64,000 nt of DNA. It comes from Zygnema circumcarinatum SAG 698-1b (lineage: Eukaryota > Plantae > Zygnematophyceae). A program made the translations under genes and the position numbers. The DNA lies in assembly GCA_037447605.1 (NCBI GenBank), contig CM074808.1, forward strand, positions 3,348,001-3,412,000, given 5' to 3'. This document shows positions 1-12,101 of the stretch, piece by piece (the first letter of the stretch is position 1; every line of letters begins with the position of its first letter). The notes under the pieces are model-generated. The model ran no database searches. It was not told the origin of the DNA and worked only from the letters and a program-made list of their open reading frames with translations.

Positions 1-128
1 TGATATGTTTTGCATGTCGGTTCATGGCCAGCTTTTTCCTACGACCCCCGGAAAGCAGTTCATCGCGAGCATCATAGTGGACGGCGAGTGCAAGCCAACA
101 CTCACAGGGCAGGAACCAAACGACTCAC

Positions 129-337
129 AAGAAGTCAAAACAACGTATGGGCATTGAGCACAGGTTCCCTCCGTTCAAGTACTTGTTGAACCGTGCGATG
201 TCGGTGGTTATTTCTCTAGATGAAGTACAGAAGAGATAAGAGCACTTGCCGAGCCCCAACTTGAACTGCGCAGACCGACCCCACAACACACAAGTGCTGC
301 TGCTCACTGCTGCCAAGATGATGATACGCGTCAGCAT
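129..337 (-). CDS. Possible first exon of a secreted protein whose gene continues off the left edge
   Basis: ATG at 337 gives MLTRIIILAAVSSSTCVLWG (hydrophobic signal-like). The frame stays open to a TT|GTGAGT donor at 128. No family recognised. Confidence 0.3.
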
Positions 338-811
338 TTGGCCACCATCCAGCCCCCCCCACCATATAAATAGCCGCACAGGCCTGCCCTCAGACCCCCC
401 TCGCTCGCCGCCTCCTTCCACAACCCATCGTCCGCCTCCAATCGGGCCCTCCCTCGTCCCTGGTCGGAGTCCGTCAACGGTAGGAGAGCCTCTTATTTGC
501 CGCGAATACACGAAAAAAAAAAATTCAATATCAAATTCGCAATTTCGCCAACCAAAAAATTGCTCCGCACGGCCTGCGAACCGTCAGCTCCATCCATTTA
601 TTTGCACATTTCCCTTCTGCGTGGGAATGCAGCTTTGCTGTTGAAACTATGTTCCTGCCCGACCTTCAAAATGTTCGTTATTTTGAGGGCCCATCCTCCT
701 CCAACTCCATCCTCTCTTGCTGTAACAGTTTCCCAGCTTTCCAGACAGAACTGTAACAGAGACTACATGGAACCCTAATTCTCAGTTGCTTCTCAGTTCC
801 CTTTCCGTCCG

Positions 812-3800
812 TCACACGCTTCTTGCTATGCTTTCGCAGACACTGTCTGCAGTAAAGTCGTCGTCCTCTGAACTCAGTTCCGAAGGGGCCAAGGAAGGGA
901 GCTGGTGAGGGGAGGGAGAGTTCAGCCGCAATTCAAGGCGAAGTGCAACTTCCAAATCGCGAACAACTTCATTCATCCCCGGCCTTAGCCCCCCGGGCTC
1001 CTGGAAGGAAACCCAACCCCCCCCCTTCCCAAAAAGTATATGAAAGGTGAACATAAAATTGAAGTATCCGATTCTTTTCATCGTCCCGAGTGCACAGAAT
1101 GACAAGAAGAGAGGAAAAAACAGAGTGTCTGTTCACATCTCTGCGAAAGCCTTTACCTGCAAACAACGCAGAACGAGTTCTCCCACAAGCTCCATGGAGG
1201 CATCTTCATATGCTCCCAGAGATTTGTCCACAATAACATCCATTACTTGTTCTTGCAAGTACGGCCGAGCCCACTCTACAAGGTTAATCTGCCAAACAAC
1301 AACAGAACAAGGACATTCAGTCTCGAAATACACATTGGCAAGGAGAAATCTCCCACAAGGCAACAGCAAAATTTCCAAAATTGGCCCCGAAGTACATCTT
1401 GTTTCTCCGCACCTGGTTGCTCTCATATGGCAGTTCCAAGTCGATGACTTTTCGCCCTGCAATGAGCTCCAACAGCACTACTCCAAAGCTATATACATCA
1501 CTCTTCTCTGTCAGTTTCAGCCACTTGTAGTATTCGGGGTCCACATAGCCAAAGCTGCCTCTCACAGCTGTGCTCACATGCGTCTCTCCTTCGAGAGGCC
1601 CATTCCGACTCAACCCAAAGTCACCCACTTTAGCATTTAAGTCCTCATCCAACAGTATGTTGGTCGATTTCACATCCCTGCAGCGGCAACCACAACATTA
1701 CTCCCCTGCATCATCGATATCTCCCACTCGCAGCAGAGAATCCTCCACAAAACCCTCTGATTTTCCCTACCTTTCTCTTTTGCCCTCCAACATCGTCAAC
1801 ATGAGTGTGAGCATTCCCTACCTTTTTCTTTTGCCCTCCAACATCGTCAACATGAGTGTGAGCATTCCCTACCCTTTTCTTTTGCCCTCCAACATCGTCA
1901 ACATGAATGTGAGCATTCCCTACCTGTGTATGAGAGGAGGGTTCAAGCCGTGATGGAGATAGTCGATTCCCCTTGCTGCCCCAATGGCTATCTCCAGCCG
2001 CTTCTGCCAGTTTAGAGGCACAGCATAGGGCCTGCTACTGGTCGGAATGTGGTCCCGAAGGGTGCCACGTGGCATAAACTGGTAGACGAGGATCATCTCG
2101 CTGCCCTCTTGGCAGTATCCCATGAGACTCACAAGGTGGCGGTGCCGCACTTTCGAGAGAATTTCCAACTCCACAAAGAACTGCGCGAAGCCCTGCCCAG
2201 AGCCCGCCACGTGGCGCTTCACCGCCACGAGAGTGCCGTCTTTCAGCTCTCCTCTGCAAACGCGAAAGAGAGGGCAGCCATGTGAGGGAAGAGGGAGGAG
2301 GGGGGAAGAGGGGGATGCGGGAGGGGAGAAGGGGAGGGGNNNNNNNNNNAGAGGGGGGGGTTGGGAAGGGGGGACGGGGGGACGGGGGAGTGGGGAACGG
2401 GGAGGAAGTGGGAGAGAAGGAGGGGGGGGGGAAGGGGGGAGAGGGAGGGAGTGGGTGGGTGGGATGCATCAGGAAAAGCGGAAAAGAGATCAGGGAATCA
2501 TAATCCCCTTCCCTATACCTTTCCCGAAAGAAACGGGCGGGAAATTAAGGCTGAACTCACCTATAAACTTTCCCGAAGCCGCCCGAGCCAAGAATGTTTC
2601 TCTGAGAAAAACCATCGGTAGCGACGTACATCTCCGCCAGTGTGAAAATTCGGCCGGCCGACAGACCCACTGCCACCACCTGCCAAGCAAAGCGAAATGG
2701 AGCCAAGACAAGGAAAGCCAAGTCAAGTCAAATGAAGTCGACTAAACGGTGCTAATGAGCAGCATGAGTTTGCTGGCTACCCATTGTACACACTGACAGT
2801 GGAATAGGAGTGCTGTTCTTCTGATGCTTGCAGCAAACAAGCAGTCCCAAATTCAAATCCTTTAACAGTCACAAGAGGGCATCAACTCAAAAATGTAGGG
2901 CCCACCTGCTTCCGACGGCTTGGAGTCATCCAGGACATCTCCCACAGATTGCGACGCTGAACGGCGCTCATCATCTGTAAACAAGCATTGATCCTGTCAG
3001 ACGGTCCCTCTCCCCCTCCCTCTCCTCCTTTCCCTCCTTTCCCACCTCTCCCTCCTCTCCCTAGCCCTCCTCCCTCCCCCTCACCCTCCCCCCTCTCCCT
3101 CCCCCTCTCCCTCCCCCTCCTTCCAGCATCCCACCAGTGGGAGCACCACCTCTTCGCCACCAAAAAGCCACCATCAATTACCAGTTCCCAGTTCTCTTAT
3201 ACCAGTTTTTACTTACCAGTTCACCAGTTCACAACCTCCGCTCTGTGAGGCTGTAACGGACGTGCCCTCACCTTGTAAGGCGCTGAAAATTCGACCTTGT
3301 CGCCAAAGTCATTATTGACTTTTTGCTGCCGACGGCGAATCCCCAAAAGGTATCCGCTAAGGATGGCACAAATGAGCAGAAGAACTGCTCCAGCTGAGCC
3401 TAGACCTATCAATACGGTTTCGGATTGGCTTGATGATGATGATTTTGGGCTTGGGGGAGGTGAGGAAGTGCAGAGTGGGAGATCTGCTCGCACTGGGGAA
3501 TCGGTCGGAGCACAGAGACCGGCATTTCCCGGCATGTATCTCGCAACTGAGAGTGGGTTGGCAACACTGGAGAGGGAAGTGAGGGTGAGGAGGTTGAAAG
3601 GAACAGGACCTGTGGAAGAAAGAAGAGAACAGAGAGACGGAAAGGCAGATTTAAATAAGCTGATATTGTGCTCAGGATGGTGTACTGTATAAGTGTAGCT
3701 TGTGTAGTTTTGCATCTATAATTGCGGAGGTGCTTGAAAGCGTCATGTACTTGGTGTCGTAATTTTCACATTTTGTTCACTTGGACTCCTTAACAGTAGT

Positions 3801-6800
3801 ACAATATCTAAGGTGATGTTTGAGTACGATAGTTACGGACTGATTTCAATGTTTGGAACAACGTTTACGAGAAAGGAGGGAGTCCATGAACGGCGTTCAA
3901 CAAAAGCAGAAGGCAGTCAAAAAGAAGATTTTGTCAAACGACCACGATACGTCTGCAAAACCTTCATGCAAGAGTTTCCTCTCCTGAAAGATCGAACGGA
4001 AAAGGTGAAATACCCAAGTACATGGGGCCCAAAGACGCGGAAGACGGTTTTGTTAAAATTTTGGCACATTTAGGGTTGTAGAATCCAATGAACCCTTACC
4101 TGTCAAGTGGTTGTTGTCCAACGTTATCTCGTGCAGGTTGGTAAGCCATCCCATCTCCTCCGGAATCGATCCATCAAGAGAGTTATTGTGTAGTCGAAGG
4201 CTGTATAACTTCCTTAGGCTGCCCAACTCTAGCGGTAGACTACCTGTGAGAGCATTCCCATATAGCCACAAACTCTCCAGGGATGCAAGAGACCCCAATT
4301 TTGGTTCTATAATTCCCGTCAGACCCATCATGGGCAAAATGATAGTCTTGACTTCCCCTTCGTCGCCGCAACCAATTCCTCTCCATACTACGGAACTGTT
4401 ACATGGAGTACCGCTGCTTATGTTCCAGCTTGAAAGGACTGCAGGGTTGCCCAAGGCTTGCTTGAAAGATAGCAGAATTTCCGAATCGGAGGCATTAAAC
4501 GAGCGGGATGATCTGTTGGTAGAGGCAGACAACAAAGGGTCGTCCGTTTTCGCCTGCATGTGGACCATCTTTAAGACTTCCAGAGCTGCCAGAGAAGCTC
4601 CGTAAGTTCCCGGGTCATGGAGTGACGGAATCAGTTCAACATGTAACTGCATCTGTTCCGTTCCTTCGAACGTGAAGTCCTGTGTGTCGGATAGGAACTG
4701 ACCCTCAGCTTCAGCCGTAACGTTATATGCCCATAGAACAGGGTTGTTGTTTGCAAGTACGTCGATGGAGCCTGCTTGGCCCTTGCCTTCAGTACTTCCT
4801 TCAGCATCGGTTATATATGCGAAGTGTAGTCTGACATAGTACTGCGACGAACAATGCAAAAGTGCAGAGATAAGTCAAATCATCGCACCAAGTATAGAGA
4901 TAGTGTTAGAGGGAGGGGAGAGAGGGATGTGAAACTGAAGCTAAGGAGAAACTCTTACTTCTGACTCTGAGCATCGCACCAAGTATAGAGATAGTGTTAG
5001 AGGGAGGGGCGAGAGGGATGTGAAACTGAAGCTAAGGAGAAACTCTTACTTCTGACTCTGAGCATCGCACCAAGTATAGAGATAGTGTTAGAGGGAGGGG
5101 AGAGAGGGAGGGGAGAGAGGGAGGGGAGAGTGAAGCTAAGGAGAAACTCTTACTTCTGACTCTGCCTCGATGCTGATGGTGTAAGTTAGACCTTTCTCAA
5201 CGCTTGGGGGAGTTCCTCGTTGGTGCTGATAAACGTTTCCGGGGACCCATGATGCAGTTTCATCAAGGGATAAGACTGAGTGGTTTGCTTGAAGAACGAA
5301 GGAAGGTTCGCTGAAATTGACATCATTTCTCCAATTCCTACCGAGTTGGTCGAGCTGAAAGGTTTTCGCTCCGCAGTTGATCCGAGCAACAGTGAGAAGA
5401 CTCGTGTTTGCAGCAATGGAGGCTCCATAGAGCCCATACAGATCATTGGGAGTACTTCCAATTTCGACTACTTCGATTGCGTTCACATATGCATATTTCC
5501 TATCTGGAATGAAGGCTAGTTCCAACTCGTTGCGGGAAAGACGAGGCAAGAAAAATTCCTGCATCACTGGAAACAAGCAACGCCCGCATAGAACTATTCA
5601 ACTATTAGAACTATTTTATTTTTATTTTATTTTGTGCCTCTTTTCTCGTCAAATTGTGGGAGCTTCAGTGAAGTGTTTGCAAAAGCAAAGGAAGGCATTT
5701 GAAATCTCCGGTTATGCTGCTTCTCTTTACCTGAATCATTTTCAGGCGCGCTGTAGCTAGTCAACAGAGTCAAGTTATTTACAGTCACAGAAAATGATGC
5801 GTTCGCAATTTCACGCACGGACTCTTCCCATGTTGCTCGCATGAAGTACAGTCGCAGAATGTAGCGTCTTGTGCCATTTATAGAAAATGAATAGCCGGAA
5901 AAAGTGGAAGACTTCCCAGATGACAGATGTGTCCCATCAAATACTCTTGCAGATTGGTATATTTGTGAAACTGGAGGGCAAATATGTTGCAAAAAGTCAG
6001 CGTTTAGGTAGCAAAAACAGCCAACCTGACTTCATCACATTGTTGGTCACCTTGATTCATATACTGTCCATTTATGCAAAAGACTTTCTCACATTGTCCT
6101 TGCAATGTCAATGTCTCTGAACATAAAAACAACAAACAGGGTGCCAAACCCTAACTGATAAATTTGACTCCTGACGGACTGTCCTCGCCCGCTATTAGAT
6201 GAACCTGAGAATGTCCAGCCGCTCCGAAAACTGTTGAGTGTACGGAAGTGGATGCAAGAACTTGCAATCCAGAAGTTAATAGAAACTAAGGAAGATAACT
6301 CACCCTTCAAAGTCCTATTTGAGGAAGAAGAGAATCCTGCAATGTACAAAAGCCAGACCTTAAGTCAGCTAGAAGCTTGCAGAGTCTACCTTAATGAATG
6401 ACAAGACATCCTCTAAACGTTAGCTTTGACTCACATATATACACCGCGCCCAAAAGCAACAAATAAAACATAACACTACCAAAACGTCGTCCTAATGCGA
6501 GTAGCACGAGCACAAAAGTTCCTCCTGACAAATGTTGACAACCGCACTGACTAGGTTTTCTGAACACACGTCCGCCGCCAGAGACAGGACGCGGAATATT
6601 CAAGGACCTATGCAGAAATAAAAATCATAAAATCTCTACAAACCCTAGCCCTGCACCGCATCTTACCTCCTCGACCAAACCGCGAAGGCTTGGAATCGCG
6701 ATCGCTCTCCCAATCCCTGTGGGCTGAGTCCGTCCAATGCTCCCCACCGCAATTAACTCTATACGCCAATGTGGCGCCTGCCTTTGAAGGACTGGAGGAT

Positions 6801-6985
6801 GCCAGCACGCGCCCCCCTGCAACTTCCCGGACGCTGTAACACTCCAACAGCAGGCCCACGAGGAAAAACCGCCATAGGAGCAACGGGGACTCGCCCTCTT
6901 TCCTCCAAGATCTCCTCCTCCTCTCCAACACCATATCCATGTCTTCCGCTCCTCCACTAGGCGCAGACGACGCCTGTTCCGCCAT
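812..6985 (-). CDS. Receptor-like kinase: signal peptide + tandem malectin-like domain + LRRNT/LRRs + TM + CrRLK1L-type Ser/Thr kinase (~1062 aa, 12 exons)
   Basis: Exons 6985-6667, 6336-6304, 5970-5731, 5566-5154, 4841-4100, 3609-3272, 2974-2906, 2679-2561, 2253-1924, 1677-1413, 1288-1157, 1000-812, all GT-AG and phase-consistent (3189 nt). Malectin motifs [45 protein letters not shown] motifs LSFKQAL..LSSW..GTPC and [24 protein letters not shown] segment [26 protein letters not shown] then RRRQQK. Kinase motifs [67 protein letters not shown]. Confidence 0.92.
1763..1923. repeat. 51-bp tandem repeat x3 in an RLK intron, each unit starting with the 5' splice-site sequence
   Basis: ttccctac recurs at 1763, 1814, 1865 and 1916 (51-bp period). 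On the minus strand each unit starts GTAGGGAA. Confidence 0.9.
2340..2349. other. Assembly gap (10 N) inside a G-rich intron tract of the RLK
   Basis: Run of N in the sequence, flanked by poly-G/GA sequence. Confidence 1.
4881..5164. repeat. ~91-bp tandem repeat (about 3 units) including the exon end and donor site of RLK exon 4
   Basis: catcgcaccaagtatagag recurs at 4881, 4972 and 5063. gctaaggagaaactcttac|ttctgactctg occurs three times. Confidence 0.9.
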
Positions 6986-7224
6986 CAGCCTCTCTCTGCC
7001 GCGCAAAAGAGGTTCTGTTGGAGGAGCAAAATGCCGCCTCCTTGCTGGGAGCCTCCAGGACTCATGGAGAAGCGTGCCTGGACACGGTCCAGTTGAACTG
7101 AACGCCTTCCTGCATGGAAACCCTAGCCATGGCGCCCTCCCCTCCTGCTCCCCCGGAGGCCTCCTCGTCGACCACCGCCACCGACGGCTCGCCACGTGTC
7201 GTCGGGGACGGCAACAAGCAGTTC

Positions 7225-7730
7225 GTACAGTGAGTTGTCGGTAAGTCGGTGGTAAGACGTCATATAATGTACCAGTTCGTACATGCTGATGGTATACTCG
7301 TACGATTGGTTGTACTTCTGTGCAGTTCCACTCGTCGTGGGTTTCGGAATTGGGCCACCGACATGGAAATTCGTCGCGATTCAAATTACCGTACGGTACG
7401 AACTTCAAAAAGACACGACCGTACAGGCCAGAGTTCGGAGCTTTCGAGGAAGCGAGACAAGCGAGCCTGTCGACAAAGCCTCTCTCGGACAACGACACGA
7501 ATAAAGTACCGTACGGTCAATAGTGGACTGTGCGCCGAAGCGCCAAATCCGGCCGTCGAGTTATGGTACCGTACGATGATGCCCAGGCCTCGACAAATAT
7601 GGGATTCTGGTCTAAAATAAGGGAGTATCCCCTAAATCCCGCGTTCCTCTAAAATAGTTTTGAAAACACCCCGTAAATAAGTCATGTACGGACGATTTAC
7701 AGTACAGTACATATGTACGGGTATGTACGG
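7225..7730. promoter_or_regulatory. Dense (C)GTAC motif cluster upstream of the RLK start codon
   Basis: 17 GTAC tetramers counted in about 505 bp, many as CCGTAC/GTACGG. Function is unknown (SBP-box sites or transposon subterminal repeats). Confidence 0.4.
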
Positions 7731-10666
7731 GTAACGCTTTTTTTAGCGGGTCCGTTCATGGTCGTTTTCAGTAATTTGAAGCAGAGTTAAGGGCATTTTT
7801 ATTTCATTTTCAATTTTAGTTCCTATTTCAGTTTTTGTTTTTGTGGCTAAAACTCAAACCTTTGGAGGTTCTGATTTGGAATTAAGTTTTAGTGAAGAGG
7901 TTTCTAGACTATGATGGGTTCCAATAAGGTGCTATTTGGAGTAATTCTTGATGGATGGAAATAGAGATGGAGAGCTTTGGATGGAGCTTTACAACTTTTT
8001 ATCGACAACGCATTTCCGTCGCCTTACAGCGGTGTCTTGCTTCCACGATCCTTCGACGTGCCGCAGTTGTTGGGACCCGTCCCGGTGGTCTTCCGCCCCT
8101 TCCCGCGCGTACTGCGCCCCACATTGGCGACCTTCGCGGCTGCTTCTAGTGCCGTGTTGTTGCGCCTAGAAGTTGATTTCCGTTTCCAAGCTTTCTCTCT
8201 GTCCCTCTGTCCGTTGTGACCGCTTCTTTTGGTTCCTTATGTCGATTTTCTCCTTGTACATTTGATGGCCTTGCCATCGTGAGTTCAATCAAACATCTTT
8301 TCTCTTTCTCTTTGGATGGGGTCTGCAAAGATTTGATGCAATTGGGTCTTAGAATGAGTAAGTAAATATATACGCTGTGATTTCCAAATGCAGAAGTGTT
8401 CTGATTCATTGGTAAAGAACCCAATCAATAATACTCGAAGAGTTTGCGCCAATTTCTAAAGCCGTGTTGTTAAGCCAACAAGTAGAGTTCATGTACAGAT
8501 GGCGACATCGCCATCGTGAGTGCAATGCCAATTCATTTTACGCTTTATTAACCAAAAAAAGGGCTTTTTAGGGCTGTTAAGGTATTTAAAGTTAAACCCT
8601 TAAGATAATCTCTTTAAGTGTCCCCTAAAAAATCTATTTACGACGTTTAAGGGATATCCCTCGTCTGAGGCGGCCTGGAGATGCGGGACTCGAATGCCGT
8701 ACGGTACGGTACCCAAATTCAAATGAAACCTGGCCCGCCAATCAGCTGTCATGTCACATTATTTTGAGCAGGGCTGGGTGTCTATGTCATCAGTTGGCTG
8801 CACAGTTACGATATTCCTCATTTCACTGAACTGCTTACAGACCGGGCTGACTGAGAACACCACATGGAACAGCCAGCCAGCCAGGGAGCGTACCTCTGTG
8901 TACCTTTGTCATCTACTGAAGGGCATTCGATCTTGTGAGCCCTAGAGGCGTAAGTCCTACGAATGGTTGCCATTTCATACATTGCAATCGGAAACACCAC
9001 ACCTGTAGACACCTAGTAGAAGTTTGTTGAGATTTTCAGAAGAACCAACAGTAATGTGAGATTCGTGTTCAATTTCACCAATAAGCTTGCAATTCTAGAG
9101 GCTTAAAAAATCCTTAATTCAATCTGTCGACATCCTGAACCCTCGGAATTCTGAAACCTTTTGAATCAGAAAGCCCTAACATTCAAAGCCCAAACCCTAA
9201 ACGCAAACAGTCTCTGGTTCAGTATGCGACAGACCGTACACCACCTCGATTCATTCAGATCGTACTGTCTCGTATCGGGAAGGAGGGGAGCCAGAGTTAC
9301 CGCTAACTTCACAACCATCTGCGTATCCAGGCTGCGAAGGTTTTGTGAAAAGGGCAGGTTCACAACGGTAGATTGTTATAGCAAGGTGTTCTAGCAAAAA
9401 AGGTGAAATGTTCGCTCCCCCCATGTCCCACTATGCGCACGTACTACCGTGTAAGCTCCTCGCCACCCTCACCCCGTAACTCAGATTGCATACGGGTAAG
9501 GGCACAACGACCAACGTCAGAGGCGGAGCTTCACTAGATTTTGATGATGAACCCGCATCAAAGACCACGAAGACAAAATTCAAGATGGACGATAAGCTGT
9601 GCGCATCCATTGTTGCGTAAATCATTCATCGCTCGCAGTCTTAACTTGTCGTTTTCTGGTTCACCAAAATAGATTTCATTTGTCTTCATTGTTCATGAGC
9701 ACAGGATTCAGGCTGAAGATCGTTCCCATTCTGCATTCACTTTCCTGGAAAGAAATCAAAACGAACTTGGGTGCACATTAGCCATGGCTAGGAATTCTAT
9801 CCGGTTTTGGTGACTGCCTTTGGTTGGAGGGCTTTAGTAGTAAACCCTTCGGAGATCATCAACAAGGATAGCCATCGATTGTTAGATTTTGTCTTGGTCT
9901 GACAAGGCCATTCTTGCAATTGCCTCGTTTCTTCATGTTGTTTGTTGTTTTTTCCCGCGGTGCCGTGTCGCCGCGAGCCGGCCGCTGTCGCTGACGCCCT
10001 CGGCCGGCAGCGGCCGCTGTTGACCGCGGCAGGCCCCGCCGGCCAGTGCCCGCCGCCAAGCGGCGCCTTCAGACCGTGCTTCTCCACATTTCCTATTTTT
10101 CATTTTTCCTTTCACGACCGCCGAGGAGAAAGAGCGAGACGACGCGAGACGACGCGAGAAGAGACGAGACAAGGACGATTTGGCATCCATTTTTGGCATC
10201 GCGCGGCGAGAGCGGCCACATGCCGACAACGACAAAATGTGGAACCCACCCCACCGACCTATGCATAGCCCTTGCGCGATCCGTTCCTGCCGCGCGGCTC
10301 CAGATTCCCCTATGCGACAAGATTGACCTTGCCAGGCGGCCCAAGACACGTGGCCGTACGACCCAGGAGGACTGCCCCCCTTCGCCGCGCCTTCCTGCCG
10401 GCCCGGCGCCGCTTGCACCGTACGGCACCGCCAGTCAACGACGTCAACGATGGTCGCCTCCGTACGGCGCCACGAGTCAACGCGGTCTCCCCCGCGGCCT
10501 CGCGGAAGGCGGCGGCGGCGGCGGCACACGGCGCGGAGGGGAGCAGCGCGCGCATACAAAGGAGGCGGCGGCCGCAGACGCAGACAGACAGGCAGCGCGC
10601 CCTCCCCCTCCGCCTCCTCCTGCACGCCTCGCCTCTCCTCTCCAAGCAGGCACGCGCGCGGAGGCG

Positions 10667-12101
10667 ATGGGGACCTCGAGGGGGAACGTCCTCTTCAATG
10701 TGCTCGTGGTGGCCTTGTCCCTTGCTGCTGGCCACGTGGCGGATGGCCGCCAATTGAGGAACCTCTTGGCTTCCTTCACGCCGACCTTCACAGAGTGTCC
10801 GAGCAGCCCCGTGGAGTACTGCGACTTCTTCTTCGATGGCTACGAGACTTCGATTCCTGTTATTAGGTAGGCGGCCGGCCCATGGCAGCGGAAAGGAGCC
10901 AGGCAGCCAGGGTTTAGCCAATCAAGCTCAAAATAAAAATATCATACTTGTATGGTTTATATTCTTCATCCTGATGGTGGGAATGAGCTGTTCCATGCAG
11001 CCTGGATGGGCAACCCGACACGGCGGTCGGCCCCGCCGTGATGGACTCCAAAAACGGAGAGAGCGTTGAGGTGGACAGTTCCGGCAACGCCGCCTTCCTC
11101 TGCACGGGGAGGGCAGGGACGAGTGCGGGGAACCAGTTCTATGTAAACGAAGAGAAGGCGCACCTCAAATTCCGCACTTTCAACACGGTGAGCATGAAGC
11201 GCCACCCTGCAATATTGCTGACGTGATGCCAGTGGTATTGTGTTTTAATACGTTGGGCTTTCTAAGAGGGATTTGGTGAAGATTCTGACATGCGACATGA
11301 CCTCGTCATTGGCACATGCAGCCATCAAAGGCCCACTTTGAGAATGCGTGCATGGTGATCCCCCTTACGACTCTACGAGTCACAGTCGACGGCGCTCCCA
11401 TCAACCTCAATTGGGGGGACAACAATCAGCAACAGTACCCTGACTCTCGTCGCTGCCTCGTGTTCACTACCGGCCCTCAAGGCGTCACTGGTGCCGCCTG
11501 CAACTTGACAGATCCATCGCCCCCTCCCTCGCCCCCTCCCTCACCTCCTCCCTCGCCTCCTCCCTCGCCCCCTCCTTCTCCTCCTCCGTCACCCCCTCCC
11601 TCTCCTCCTCCTTTCCCTCCTCCCTCTCCCCCTCCTCCACCTTCCCCTCCACCCCCTCCCCCCCCCTGCATGACCTCGTGCCCAACCACTCCGCTGGAGA
11701 TTTGCGACTTCTACTTTGAAGGCTTTGCCACGGAAGTACCTACGTTCAGCCTTTCCACTCCCAACCAGAGCCGTCTGAGCCCCGGCCTCCGCACAAACAA
11801 GACGGGGTCAGAGGTCGCGGTGGAGGTGGACAGGTCGGGGTCGGCCCTCTTCAGAGAGTGTCCTGCGCCGAGCACGGGGGCGGGGGAGCAGTTCTTCCTC
11901 AGCGGCGAAGACGCGGTCCTGCACGCGCGCACGTTCCAGGCCGCGCCCGGTCTGCCCTTCTTCCTCGCCCGCTGCGTCGCGCTGCCCATCGCGGCGTTCA
12001 GAATCCCATATGGAGCCGGCGGCGCATACAATGTGCCGCCGGATGCCGAGCAGCTCTTCGAGCCGGCGCGGCAGTGCGTCGTGTTCAGAACCACGGCGTA
12101 G
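10667..12101 (+). CDS. Secreted chimeric hydroxyproline-rich glycoprotein, copy A: two homologous Cys-containing domains joined by a (SPPP)n rod
   Basis: Exons 10667-10866, 11001-11187, 11322-12101 (GT-AG, phase-consistent). Signal peptide NVLFNVLVVALSLAAG. (PSPP)n linker about 11515-11667. Internal domain repeat CDFFFDGY/CDFYFEGF. Confidence 0.85.

Noticed and set aside
9161-9200. Telomere-like AAACCCTA motifs (also about 44435, 52156, 57174, 57263)
   Set aside because: Isolated telo-box-type occurrences, not tandem arrays, and no evidence of an interstitial telomere.
9933-10921. Several long Arg/Ala-rich ORFs upstream of the glycoprotein
   Set aside because: GC-rich promoter sequence. The frames are not preserved in copy B, where a TE remnant interrupts them.
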